From: an uncultured virus (IMG/VR IMGVR_UViG_3300043811_000078)
Lineage: Duplodnaviria; Heunggongvirae; Uroviricota; Caudoviricetes
Direction: 5' to 3' (one strand)
Virus record (IMG/VR): IMGVR_UViG_3300043811_000078
DNA length: 63,096 nucleotides
Each line of letters begins with the position of its first letter. Position 1 is the first letter of the stretch. The position numbers were made by a program, and so were the translations under genes. Shown piece by piece: positions 48,815 through 58,512 of the stretch. The notes beneath the pieces were generated by a model. It worked only from the letters and a program-made list of their open reading frames with translations, was not told the DNA's origin and ran no database searches.

Positions 48815-49365
48815 AGCGGTCAGGCGAGCCTTCCCGCGTGACCCCGCCGGCACGCCGGGCGCCGATGGCCCCGGGCGGGCCGCTGGCGGGGAACGCCCTC
48901 CCGGCGCGCAGGACGCCGCTGAGGGCACGCAGGCCCGCGGGGAGGTCCCGCAGGCCCCCCGGCGAGTTCACGCCCCGCGTGAAGCTCCTGGTGCGCGCCA
49001 GGGCGGGTCGCGGGGATCCCTGTGAGGCCGTGTGCGAGTCGTGCGGGGTGTTCCTCGGGATCGGCGGCGGTGAGTTCCAGCGCAGGGCCGCGCGAGGTGC
49101 CGGGGGTTCCCGTGACTCGGTGATCAACGGGGCGGCGAACTGCGTGCTGCTCTGCCCGTCTTGCCACCGCCGCGCCGAGACGCGCGACCGCGAGATGGGG
49201 ACGGGAGCGCAGGGGTTCTGGATCGGGCACGGGTCCACGCCCGAGTTCGACCCGCGGCTCGTCCCGGTCCTGCTCTATGCGAACGGGTCCTCGGGGATCC
49301 CGGTGTGGCTGCCTGAGGACGGCGGCGAGTACCTGTACGAGCGACCTGAGGGGATAGCGGCATGA
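48811..49365 (+). CDS. HNH-like Zn-binding protein (catalytic His apparently degenerate)
   Basis: CESCG..EFQRR..RGAGG..NCVLLCPSCH. Confidence 0.6.
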   Translation: MKRSGEPSRVTPPARRAPMAPGGPLAGNALPARRTPLRARRPAGRSRRPPGEFTPRVKLLVRARAGRGDPCEAVCESCGVFLGIGGGEFQRRAARGAGGSRDSVINGAANCVLLCPSCHRRAETRDREMGTGAQGFWIGHGSTPEFDPRLVPVLLYANGSSGIPVWLPEDGGEYLYERPEGIAA

Positions 49366-51142
49366 ATATCGCTCTTTACATCATCGCCGGGTGGAACGTG
49401 CTCGGCGCGGTGACGGCCATCGGGTCTGTCGGCAAGCAGCGCAAGCCCACATCGCACGGGGCGGCGACAGTAATCACGGTCCTGTGCGCCGTGTGCGCCA
49501 TAGTGCTGGTCCTTGCCGCCAGGAGGCTCGGGTGAGCGCCCGGTTCCGTGCCCTCGCTCTGCGGCTCGCCGGGGTGCGCCCCGTGCCGCAACTGCCGGCC
49601 GCGCGGCACCGGGAGGTCACGCTCCTGGCCGTCCCTGCGCCCCGGCCCGTCCGGCGCGTTCCGCCGCCCGTGGCGTCGTACGCCACGCTCGACCCGGTTC
49701 CGCCGCTCGCCGCTGACGGGTTCACGAACTTCGGGGATGAGCTTGTGTTCGGCCCCGGCCGTCACCGGCTCGCGCAGCCCGAGGCGGAGAACCGGCTCAT
49801 GGCAGACCTCCGCAGGGACGGAGGCGCGCGGTGACCGCGAAGACCGCCCCGCCCCCGCCGCGAGTCCTGGTCTCTGCGTCCGGTGTCCGCCAGATCCCCC
49901 GGCTGTGCCCCTGTGACTGGGAGCTGAGATTCGAGGACGGGAAGGCCGCCGGGTGGGTGCTGGCGGCACGTAACCCGCACTGCGGGATGCACCAGGAGGA
50001 GAGAACGTGAGCACCGAGGAGAACTTCCCCGTGGTCACCCTGCACACGGGCGCCACGGTCCCGGAGTCCGTCGTGCGGACCACCGGGTTGACCCTGGAAC
50101 TGCTGGAGCGGGTCAACCCGACCGCGCTGTACGAACTTGTCCGGCTCGCGAAGGACCCGTGTCACGAGCTGTTCGGGAACACGGGGGGGGGTCCTGGCCG
50201 GACTCGGGCTAGCAGAGTCAGACGGCTCACTGGCCTCGACTACGCGGGACGTGATCCTCGCGTCGCCGTACGCGGAACTGGGGGATGAGCTGTGAACGAC
50301 GAATCACCAGCGGAGACGATCCGCCGCGCCGCGCAACTCATGCGGGAGCGCGCCGAGGCGATGCCTCCTGGTCTGTGGCGCGCGGAAGGCCGCGACGTCA
50401 CCGCCACCCAGGATTACGAGGGTGACGAGCCGGACTGGGATTGCGCGTTCAACGTCGCCGTGTGCCGTCGTCAGGACGAGGCGCAGCACGTCGCCGCGAT
50501 GCACAACGCAGCGCGGGACATTGCGGGCTGGCTTGAGCGTGAAGCCGCGCTTATAGACGCACCGGGCGGAGCGGCGGCGGAGCGGTACCCGCTGGCCGCC
50601 GCACGCGCTTACCTCGGGGAGCCGTCATGACGGAGCCGTGGAGCTACACCGACGAGGACGGCGTGACGCTGGCGCTGATCCCGTGCGGGGAGCGGCACGC
50701 CGAGCTGCGCGTCAGCACCGACACCCTGGCTGCCGGGGTCTGCGTAGGACCGGGACGGCCGGCGGAACTCGTCACCGAGCTGTACAAGGCGTCGGGGCAG
50801 CGCCCCCCGGTGATCCTGGACCGCCCCGGTGATCCCGCCGCCGAGATCTGCTTCTTCGCGGCAGGTGCTGACCTGAGGTTCTTCGCCGAGGGCGGCCGCA
50901 TCGAGGTCCGGAACAAGACCGGAGGGGGCGTGTCCGGGCAGGCGTTCCCCGTTGCCGGGATCCGTGACCTGGCGGCACGGCTGGCGGTCCTCTGCGATGA
51001 GGCGGAGGACGAGCCGGATCCTGCCGAGGTTGACGACCTGGCGGCCGTGCTCATGGAGCCCGGCGTGATGGGCCTGGATGGCGCGAGGCCGCTGGCCCGC
51101 CGGATCCTCGCCGCCGGGTACACGCGGGAGGCCGGGTCGTGA
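49362..51142 (+). other. Small early hypothetical genes (49362-49535 membrane, 49532-49834, 50007-50295 frameshifted, 50292-50630, 50627-51142)
   Basis: Coupled ORFs; G9 tract at 50183-50191. Confidence 0.5.
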
Positions 51143-51540
51143 CCGTCACCCGCCGTCGCCCCGTCTCGTTCCTGGCCGAGGTGGGACAGCCCGTCAACGG
51201 CGCTCCCGTCCCCCGGTACTACCAGCACGCCGATCACATGGAGGAACCCGAGGCGGTCGTCGCCAGGGTCACCGCGCAGGTACTGGCCCGTCACCCGGAA
51301 CTGGCCGCCGCCATACCGGGACCTCCCCCTCCGCTGCCGTGCGACGCAGACCTCGGGGCGCTCCGCAAGCGGTGCCGCATCTCCGTCGCCGCGATCGCTG
51401 CGGCCTGCGGGACCGGGGCAGCGGAGGTCCTGTCATGGGAGAGGCGCAGGACCGTGCCGGGGGGCGACGCCGGGGACGAATACGCGCGCCTCGTCGCCGA
51501 GATGATCGCGATGGACGAGGAACGGGAGGCCCGGTCGTGA
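51139..51540 (+). CDS. XRE-like HTH protein
   Basis: LRKRCRISVAAIAAACGTGAAEVLSWE. Confidence 0.55.
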   Translation: MTVTRRRPVSFLAEVGQPVNGAPVPRYYQHADHMEEPEAVVARVTAQVLARHPELAAAIPGPPPPLPCDADLGALRKRCRISVAAIAAACGTGAAEVLSWERRRTVPGGDAGDEYARLVAEMIAMDEEREARS

Positions 51541-51708
51541 AGATGACCGTAGCCCAGATCCGCGCGGCGGTCGCCGAGGAGATCGCGACCGCGATCGAGC
51601 AGTCAGTACCCGAGCCGTCCGGCTGCGACCGGAGCCCGTGCCCGGAGTGCTGCCGTTACGACCAGGCGCGGCTTGACGCTGCCACGGCACGCAGGACCGG
51701 GGCGTCAC

Positions 51709-52092
51709 GTGAACGACCCTGATATCCGGCGGCGCGTCGGCGCCAAGGTCCGCGAAGCCAGGAAGGCGCTCGGGCTGAGTCAGGGAGACCTCGCGTCCAG
51801 GATCGGCGTGACCCGCACCTCCATCGCGAACATCGAGGCCGGGCGCCAGAGCATTTCGATGGCCAGGCTTCTGGCGCTCATGTCGGTGCTGAACGTCAAC
51901 CTCGCCGCGCTGATCGAGCCGGGAGACCTGCCGAGCGCGCCCCCGGTACCGCACAGCGTCGTGATCAAGCAGGTCTATGAGGTGACCTGCACGACGTGCG
52001 GAGACACCGTCATCGACGTGACGGAGAAGCGCGGCGCCGCGAACCAGGCCCGGCATGACCACATCGAGCGCATGCAGCAGGGGGGATCGTGA
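51709..52092 (+). CDS. XRE HTH protein with CxxC tail
   Basis: GLSQGDLASRIGVTRTSIANIEAG. Confidence 0.85.
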   Translation: MNDPDIRRRVGAKVREARKALGLSQGDLASRIGVTRTSIANIEAGRQSISMARLLALMSVLNVNLAALIEPGDLPSAPPVPHSVVIKQVYEVTCTTCGDTVIDVTEKRGAANQARHDHIERMQQGGS

Positions 52093-52397
52093 GCTACGAC
52101 CACCTCCCGCAGGCCGCCAGGGTGCACCAGGCGTTCGGCGCGCGCGTCCGCCGGCACCGGGAACGGCACGGGTGGAGCGCCCGCGAGCTTGCCCTGCGAG
52201 CCGGGATGTCGGCGAACACCATCCCCCGCATCGAGGCGGGGAACGGTACCCCCCTCGGCTACGCCGTAGTGATCTGCGAGACCCTCGGCGTGCCGCTGGC
52301 CGAGATGACCGGGCCGGTGGAGTGCGCCCGGTGCGACGGAGCACCGCCCGCCGGTTTCCGGTGCACGGCATGCGGCACCGACGGGGAGATACCGTGA
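52089..52397 (+). CDS. XRE HTH protein with C4 Zn finger
   Basis: GWSARELALRAGMSANTIPRIEAG; CARC..CTAC. Confidence 0.8.
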   Translation: MSYDHLPQAARVHQAFGARVRRHRERHGWSARELALRAGMSANTIPRIEAGNGTPLGYAVVICETLGVPLAEMTGPVECARCDGAPPAGFRCTACGTDGEIP

Positions 52398-53278
52398 CGG
52401 ACATCCGCCCCCCGATCCCGCTGAGCCTCGCGCACCGCCCGGTCGCCGGGGGACTCGCGCTGCCGTGGGTGAACGCCGAGCTGGCAGGCGGCGGCGTCGA
52501 CTTCCGGTCACCGCACACCGCGCGGTACGAGCGGGCATGGAAGGAATGCCTCTGCCAGTCCTGCGGGAACCCGGCCGCGCCCCGCGCGGTCCTCGTCTGC
52601 GGCCCCCGGCAGCTCCTCACCCTTCACTTCGACGAGCCTCCCGCCTGCCCGCCGTGCGCCGCCTACGCCGGACAGGCGTGCCCGTTCGTGTCGGGCCGCT
52701 CCGTCACCTACCCGGACCGCCTGAGGATCACCGAGGGGCACCGGGGAGAGAAGTGCCCCGACCCGTCGTGCGGGTGCGGCGGATGGACCGCGACCGACCC
52801 AGGGAACAGCGCGGACATGGGCGGCCAGCCGAACCTTCCCTGGTACGCATGCTGGATCAGGCCCCGCGATTACGTGCTCACCGCCCACATCGCGACCGTC
52901 CGGTGCTCCGATCTGGACTGCGAGCACCAGCGGACGCTGATCAACGGGGCGGAGCTGACCCGGCTTCCGGCGAAAGTCCAGCTCATGTCCGAGCCGGGGA
53001 AGGCGGCGGAACGGCGGACGCTGGCCCCCGCTGAGGCACTGGAGCATGCTGCTGCCGCGATCACTTCGGCAGGCGTGAGGGTTGCCGAACGGTCGCCGTT
53101 GTGGGGTGCGCCCGCGGGGACCGCCGCCGTGCTGGCGGCGTCGCCGGCACGCGCCCCGGCTGTCGCGCCCCGCAAGCGGCGGGAGCCGCAGACGGCAACG
53201 GAACTCCGGCGCGCCATCGCGGAACTGGAGGCACGGCGGGCGTCGCTGCTGGACAGTGCCGAAGGGGAGACGCCGTGA
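52394..53278 (+). CDS. Cys-rich hypothetical protein
   Basis: LCQSCG, EPPACPPCAAYAGQACPF. Confidence 0.6.
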   Translation: MTDIRPPIPLSLAHRPVAGGLALPWVNAELAGGGVDFRSPHTARYERAWKECLCQSCGNPAAPRAVLVCGPRQLLTLHFDEPPACPPCAAYAGQACPFVSGRSVTYPDRLRITEGHRGEKCPDPSCGCGGWTATDPGNSADMGGQPNLPWYACWIRPRDYVLTAHIATVRCSDLDCEHQRTLINGAELTRLPAKVQLMSEPGKAAERRTLAPAEALEHAAAAITSAGVRVAERSPLWGAPAGTAAVLAASPARAPAVAPRKRREPQTATELRRAIAELEARRASLLDSAEGETP

Positions 53279-53757
53279 CGCGCCGCCAGTTCGCCCGCGA
53301 AGGCCGAGGCTTCTTCGCCATCGGCATCTACCACCCCAAGTCCGAGGTCAACACCGGGTCGCTGTGGCGCTCCGCCTCCCTGTTCGGTGCCGCTTTCGTC
53401 TTCACGGTCGGGCGCCGCTACAAGCGCCAGGCCAGCGACACGCCCGGCACGCCGTCCCATACCCCGCTGCTGCATTTCGCGGACCTGGACGACCTCGTGG
53501 AGCACCTGCCGCATAGCTGCCCGCTGGTCGGCGCCGAACTGGACCCGGGGGCATCGGAGCTGTCACGGTTCACCCACCCGGAGCGCGCCGCCTACCTTCT
53601 CGGTGCCGAGGATCACGGGCTGCCGCGAGCGGTACTGGACCGCTGCCACCGGCTGGTGCAGATCGAGACGGCACGCCCGGAGTCCATGAACGTGGCTTGC
53701 GCCGGGACGGTGCTGCTCCATCACCGCCATGTCGCGGCGAAGGCGGTGTGCCCGTGA
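53275..53757 (+). CDS. SpoU/TrmH-family SPOUT RNA 2'-O-methyltransferase
   Basis: NTGSLWRSASLFGA, YLLGAEDHGL, SMNVACAG. Confidence 0.88.
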   Translation: MTRRQFAREGRGFFAIGIYHPKSEVNTGSLWRSASLFGAAFVFTVGRRYKRQASDTPGTPSHTPLLHFADLDDLVEHLPHSCPLVGAELDPGASELSRFTHPERAAYLLGAEDHGLPRAVLDRCHRLVQIETARPESMNVACAGTVLLHHRHVAAKAVCP

Positions 53758-54267
53758 TCCGCTGGGACTTGATGCCTGAGCCTCCCGCGTCCCGTGACGC
53801 GGCGGCGGTCACCGTCCTCGCGGTGCTGGCCCTGGCCGGTGCCTGCGTGGTCATCGCCGCTATCGGGCTGGGCTGCTTCTGGATTTCGGGTGTGCTCGCA
53901 TGACGCGCGCCCGTGCAGTCCCGGACGCGGGATCACCTCCCCGCGTCCGGGGCACCCTCCGAGCCCCCTGCGGTGCGCCGGACCCGAGTGCACCGCAGGG
54001 CCGGGGAGATGAGCGGCCCCTCGTCACCGCCCTGTGGCGCGAAGCCGGGGGCGCCACGAGCGGGTTCGACCCGGCGCGGTTCGCCGTGTCGCTCCAGCGT
54101 CCGGAGGGCTGGAGGGCCGCCGACGTGTGCGCGTCCGGCTGCTGGGACCGTCCGCCGCACCTGTGCTGGTTCTCGGCGCTCGGTGCGGTGGTCCGGGCGC
54201 AGCGGGAACGGCGCAGGCCCGTCAGGGCGGCTGAGGGTGATGCCCTGTTCGGCGCGGAGGCTGCCTC

Positions 54268-54507
54268 GTGAGGCCCCTGGACGGCGCGTGCCCGCTCTCC
54301 CTCACCGCGGCGGAGAACATGCGGCGGCTGCGGTCGCAGCGGGGCCTGGGTCAGCTCACGGTCGCCCTGGACGCGGGGATCTCGCAGGCCGCCTTGTGCC
54401 TCATCGAGACGGGGCAGCGGAATCTCACGCTGCCCGTGCTGGCGGAGATCGCGCGGGCGCTCGGCACCGAGCCGCACGAGCTGCTGAGGCCCGGTGACCG
54501 CGCGTGA
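54268..54507 (+). CDS. XRE HTH protein
   Basis: GISQAALCLIETGQRNLTL. Confidence 0.75.
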   Translation: MRPLDGACPLSLTAAENMRRLRSQRGLGQLTVALDAGISQAALCLIETGQRNLTLPVLAEIARALGTEPHELLRPGDRA

Positions 54508-54803
54508 GCGAGACGGGAGAGCTGCTCGCCAACGCGGACGTGATAGGGGCCGCGGGCATCACCTACCGCCAGCTTCACCACTGGACGGTACAGGGGTACC
54601 TGGTGCCTGCGGGCGGGACGGGGAAAGGCTCCGGGTATGCCCGCGAGTGGACGCGGGGGGAGCTTGCCGTGGCGTGCCTGATGGGCAGGTTGACTGCTGC
54701 GGGGCTGCCCCCCGCGATCGCCGCGCGGGTGGCCCGGTGCGGGCAGGAACGGTGCGAGATAGCGCCCGGTGTCACGGTCGAGGTCACGGGGGCAGCGGGG
54801 TGA
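54504..54803 (+). CDS. MerR-like HTH protein
   Basis: AGITYRQLHHWTVQGYL..GSGYAREW. Confidence 0.75.
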   Translation: MSETGELLANADVIGAAGITYRQLHHWTVQGYLVPAGGTGKGSGYAREWTRGELAVACLMGRLTAAGLPPAIAARVARCGQERCEIAPGVTVEVTGAAG

Positions 54804-54814
54804 GGCGGGGAGGG

Positions 54815-55183
54815 TCAGGAGCCGTCCGGGGGCCGGGTGCCGCCGGACGGCTCCGGCGCGGCCGGACCCTGGCAGCCCTGCGCGATCCGGTCGCGGGTCT
54901 TGGTCGCCATCTGCTGCAAGGTCGCCTCGACGGCGGCGGGCCGCGTGCGTGTCGGCTTGCGCGGCGGCTTGCCGCCGAACGCGGGGGATGTGCGGCGGCT
55001 GATCGTTCCCCGGTCGAGGTACTTGCCGATCAGCGTCTCAAGGTCGCCGACGCCGAATTCGGGCCGTTCGCGGCGGTGCTGGATGAGCAGGTCGATGACG
55101 TGCTCATGGTCGGCGTCGGCCTGCGCGCGGCTTGCACGCGCTGCCGCCACGGCGGCCAGCAGTTCTTCGGTTACGTCACCCAT
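54815..55183 (-). CDS. Hypothetical possible DNA-binding protein
   Basis: Isolated minus-strand ORF divergent from Rep2. Confidence 0.5.
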   Translation of the reverse strand: MGDVTEELLAAVAAARASRAQADADHEHVIDLLIQHRRERPEFGVGDLETLIGKYLDRGTISRRTSPAFGGKPPRKPTRTRPAAVEATLQQMATKTRDRIAQGCQGPAAPEPSGGTRPPDGS

Positions 55184-55440
55184 GCTCCCATCTTCGGTGA
55201 CCTGGCATCACGTTGCCAAGTCATGCCGGGCTATCACCTTAGACAGGTTAGCATGACGGCTGGACACGAGTCATTAACATGCGCTAGCGTCATGCTTAGA
55301 TTGACCGACCCACACGAAGGCCCGAACCAAAGGTGACTAGTGCTCATCGCGCAAGGCGCAGGAACCCGGTTAGCGCATGGCGACCCGCTCAGGAACCACG
55401 CGCCCGGCTCCGCCTCGTCCCGCCGTGGCGGGAGGCTGAC

Positions 55441-56424
55441 ATGGGCATCCGGCTCGTAATGGAAGCCGCCGGCCGCGCCCCCGCCGAACTGACCTGGCGG
55501 GAGCGGTACGTACTGCTCGTCCTCGCAGCGTCCGCCATCGATGACTCGCGTGAGTGCCCCGCAGGCATCGAGGACAAGCCAGAGATCGTCACGCGCCTGC
55601 GCCTGTCCAGGACGCAGCGCTACGCGGTCATCGCGGCTTTGTGCGACAAGGGCGTCCTGCTGCGCATGGAGCGCGGCAGGAACGGGGTGAAGGCGTCCTA
55701 CGCCATCGCCCCCTTCGTCAAGATCCCCGGACTGGGAGGGCCTGGAGACCCAGACCTCACAGCCGGGCAAAACGGGGCGAAGAGGCCCGGAGATCCAGAC
55801 TCTTCGCCTGTGGATAACCCCGTGAAGCGTCCCTTGAACCGGGACCCTTCAGAGCCCGTGAAGGGTCCCGGTTCTGAAAACGAAGCGTCCCTTGTTCCGG
55901 GACTCAAGGGTCCCGGTTTCAGGGACGCTTCAGAGCCGGACACTGTCCTTAGGGGATTTAGGGATTTTAAAACCGGAGGGGGAACCCCCTACCCCCTCGC
56001 GCCGCAACACCCGGACCCGTCCGCGCTGCCTGACGTCCCCGAGGGGGAACATCCCGATGGCGAAAAACCCGCAAACGGACGAAACACGCATTCCATCGCT
56101 GCCGAGATCTGCGCCACGCGGCCCGACTGGTCCGCGAGGTCCGTCGCCCGCGCCCTGGAAAACCCCTCCGTGGCCGACCGGGACTGGGCCATTGCCTGCG
56201 AGGCCATCCGGATCCTCGCCGCCGACCCGGCGACGAAACACCCCGGACGGCTCCCGCACGACGGCCCCTGGTGGCCCGAAGCCGAGCGCAAGACGCGCGC
56301 CGCCAGAGCGCGCCTCGCGCCGGAAGGCGTCCACGAGTTCCGGGCAGGCCCGGATCCCGCGTACTGCCGGGACTGCAACACGCTCAAGGCCAACTGGCGT
56401 CACCCGGAAGCGAGGTCGGCATGA
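55441..56424 (+). CDS. Phage replication initiator-like wHTH protein (Rep2)
   Basis: LTWRERYVLLVLA..; Pro-rich linker containing a DnaA box and iterons; GGAGG ribosome-binding site. Confidence 0.65.
   Translation: MGIRLVMEAAGRAPAELTWRERYVLLVLAASAIDDSRECPAGIEDKPEIVTRLRLSRTQRYAVIAALCDKGVLLRMERGRNGVKASYAIAPFVKIPGLGGPGDPDLTAGQNGAKRPGDPDSSPVDNPVKRPLNRDPSEPVKGPGSENEASLVPGLKGPGFRDASEPDTVLRGFRDFKTGGGTPYPLAPQHPDPSALPDVPEGEHPDGEKPANGRNTHSIAAEICATRPDWSARSVARALENPSVADRDWAIACEAIRILAADPATKHPGRLPHDGPWWPEAERKTRAARARLAPEGVHEFRAGPDPAYCRDCNTLKANWRHPEARSA
55809..55974. promoter_or_regulatory. Putative origin 2: DnaA box, direct and inverted iterons, AT-rich tract
   Basis: TGTGGATAA at 55809-55817; four AAG(C/G)GTCCC and two GGGAC(C/G)CTTC; TTAGGGGATTTAGGGATTTTAAAA. 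Confidence 0.65.
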
Positions 56425-56723
56425 CCGCCCAGCCAGGAACCGGCGTCATCGCCTGCCCGGACTGCGGGCATGACGTGCTGTACGCGCTCATGCCGTCCGG
56501 CGCGGCAATCGCCCTGACCCCCGACGAGTCCGGGACGTTCGCCGGCCGCGAGGACGAGCACGGCACCGCCCGCTGCCGCCCCGCTCCCGCTGACGGGCGC
56601 CTCTGCATCGGGGAGTTCCTGTTCGCCGCCCACTCGGCGTCATGCTCCCCGGCGCTAGCCGAGGTGATCCCTATCCAGCGCGGACGGACCCGGCGAGACG
56701 AGACGTCGAAGAGGTACGCGTGA
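56421..56723 (+). CDS. Hypothetical Zn-ribbon protein
   Basis: CPDCG ... AHSASC. Confidence 0.55.
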   Translation: MTAQPGTGVIACPDCGHDVLYALMPSGAAIALTPDESGTFAGREDEHGTARCRPAPADGRLCIGEFLFAAHSASCSPALAEVIPIQRGRTRRDETSKRYA

Positions 56724-57370
56724 GCGACATGGACACCGCCCGGTCGGTCATCTGCCGGATCGCCACCCAGCGCGGGCTCAAGCCGCCCTGGCCCGACCCT
56801 CAGGTGACGCTGCCGGACTGGCTCGCCTGCGAGGACATGGGCGGCTGGGGCGCGGAGGAACTCGGCGCGATGCGCGAGCGGCTCCTCGACGCCGAATCGG
56901 GCAGGCGCGCGGCACAAGGCTCCTGGTACACCCCGGACGGGGTTGCCTTGCCGTTGAGCCGGATGAGCATCGACCTGGCCATCGACAAGATCATCAAGCC
57001 GCGGGAGCCGCACGAGGTACTGCGGGTGACCGCCTATGACCCGGCGTGCGGATGCGGCATCTACCTGGTCGCCGCCGCCCGGCATATCGCCTCTCGCTGG
57101 CTCGGCCTGATCGGCGCGGACCTCAGCGGCCGGGACCGTGAGCGCGGTATCGCCATGCTGCTGCCCGACGTGATGCGCGAGTGCGTCTACGGCGTCGACC
57201 GCGATCCCGTCGCCGTCGAGATCGCCAGGGCGGTCCTCTGGCTCGCCGTCGGTGGCGCGGAGCCGGTCACGTTCATGGACCGCAACGTCATCACCGGCAA
57301 CACGCTTGACGGCGACGAGCCGCCCGCGCTGACCGCGAGGCACGGCACCGGCAACCGGAGGTGCGCCTGA
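56720..57370 (+). CDS. Short N6-adenine methyltransferase-like protein (SAM-binding half, no NPPY)
   Basis: GSWYTP, DPACGCGIYL, YGVDRDPVAVEIAR, GNTL, then stop. Confidence 0.7.
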   Translation: MSDMDTARSVICRIATQRGLKPPWPDPQVTLPDWLACEDMGGWGAEELGAMRERLLDAESGRRAAQGSWYTPDGVALPLSRMSIDLAIDKIIKPREPHEVLRVTAYDPACGCGIYLVAAARHIASRWLGLIGADLSGRDRERGIAMLLPDVMRECVYGVDRDPVAVEIARAVLWLAVGGAEPVTFMDRNVITGNTLDGDEPPALTARHGTGNRRCA

Positions 57371-57663
57371 TGGATACCTCCCGGCAGAACGCCATCACCT
57401 CCTGTGGCCGCTGCGGCCAGCCCGAGGACGCCCACAAGCACAAGACGGGCACCGACCCGGAGGACATCGAGACCATGTCCGTCCTCGGGGGCCCGTGCTC
57501 GGCGTTCGTCGTGTCGGACGCGGCGGTGATCTACCTCAAGCACCTGGCGATCACTGACAACCGGGCACCGCGGCGCAGGCCCGGAGGTCCGATCCCGAAG
57601 CGCGGGCAGATCTGCGGGCGGTGCGGCCACCGGGGCCATCCGAAGGAGAAGTGCCCGCTGTGA
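57370..57663 (+). CDS. Small protein with CCHC zinc knuckle
   Basis: CGRCGHRGHPKEKC. Confidence 0.55.
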   Translation: MDTSRQNAITSCGRCGQPEDAHKHKTGTDPEDIETMSVLGGPCSAFVVSDAAVIYLKHLAITDNRAPRRRPGGPIPKRGQICGRCGHRGHPKEKCPL

Positions 57664-58001
57664 CCGACGCCGACCCGGGCGAGATCCACGCCCCTCCTGT
57701 CCATGTCCTCCTGGACGTGGCGTGCTGCATGCGCCCCTGCTGGGACCGGGACGAACTGGAGCGGGCCATCATCGCTGCGACCAATGCCACCTGGCACCCG
57801 CTGGACGTCACCGCCGAGGTGTGGCGGCTCATCCATGACCCGGACGGTGAGCCTGCGGACCTGAGGAACGCGGCCCGCAGGCCGGTACTGCGGCCCGCGA
57901 CGGGGGCGGAAGTCGCCGCGCGGGGGAAAGCCGCGGTGCTCGCCGCGATCGAGGAGGCCCGGCACTCCGGGGAGATGCCCGTCCTCCGGGAGGGTCCCTG
58001 A
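57660..58001 (+). CDS. Hypothetical protein (paralogue of 62740-63078)
   Basis: C-terminal ~70 aa identical to 62740-63078. Confidence 0.65.
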   Translation: MTDADPGEIHAPPVHVLLDVACCMRPCWDRDELERAIIAATNATWHPLDVTAEVWRLIHDPDGEPADLRNAARRPVLRPATGAEVAARGKAAVLAAIEEARHSGEMPVLREGP

Positions 58002-58019
58002 GCGGCGCGGGAAGCGCCG
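57785..58019 (+). repeat. 235-bp exact direct repeat, copy 1
   Basis: Identical to 62862-63096. Confidence 0.92.
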
Positions 58020-58056
58020 CTGACGGAAGAACCAGTCAACGAGAGGAAACATACTC

Positions 58057-58512
58057 ATGGGGCGCGACGACGACCCGTTCATGTACCCGAGAGAAGCCCG
58101 GCAGGGCTTTTTCCGCTGGCTCCCGACCGCCCTGCTGATCGGCGGCGCGTGCCTCGCCGTGATCGGCGTGCTCACGCTGGTCATGTGGCAGGCCGGCTGG
58201 TGGTTCGCCAGCCACGACGCCACCCGGCAGGCGCACGTCGTACAGAACAACTACGCGACGCAAGAGGGTTACATCACCGCCATCACTAATGATGTGGCCT
58301 CGCTCGACGGCGTGATCGCGGAGGAGTCCGGATCGCCGGACGCCGCCGCGCTCCGCGCCCAGGCCATCGGCATCGGCAACCAGGCGTCCCTGGAGGCCAG
58401 CTACCTGACGGGCAGCGTCCCGCTTGTCCCGTCGGTGAGGTCATGGATCGCCGCTAACTGCTCAGCGGGAGCGGTCAGCCTCGCGTCACCGATACGCACC
58501 GGGGGAAACTGA
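58057..58512 (+). CDS. Membrane-anchored protein
   Basis: Single N-terminal TM segment; TGATG-coupled to the lipoprotein gene. Confidence 0.65.
   Translation: MGRDDDPFMYPREARQGFFRWLPTALLIGGACLAVIGVLTLVMWQAGWWFASHDATRQAHVVQNNYATQEGYITAITNDVASLDGVIAEESGSPDAAALRAQAIGIGNQASLEASYLTGSVPLVPSVRSWIAANCSAGAVSLASPIRTGGN

Noticed and set aside
48811..49365. Mobile homing endonuclease or intron
   Set aside because: The catalytic His appears replaced and the gene is coupled within the early operon without interrupting another gene
55248..55298. AGCATGACG/CGTCATGCT inverted repeat upstream of Rep2
   Set aside because: Plausible operator, but too short to support without conservation data
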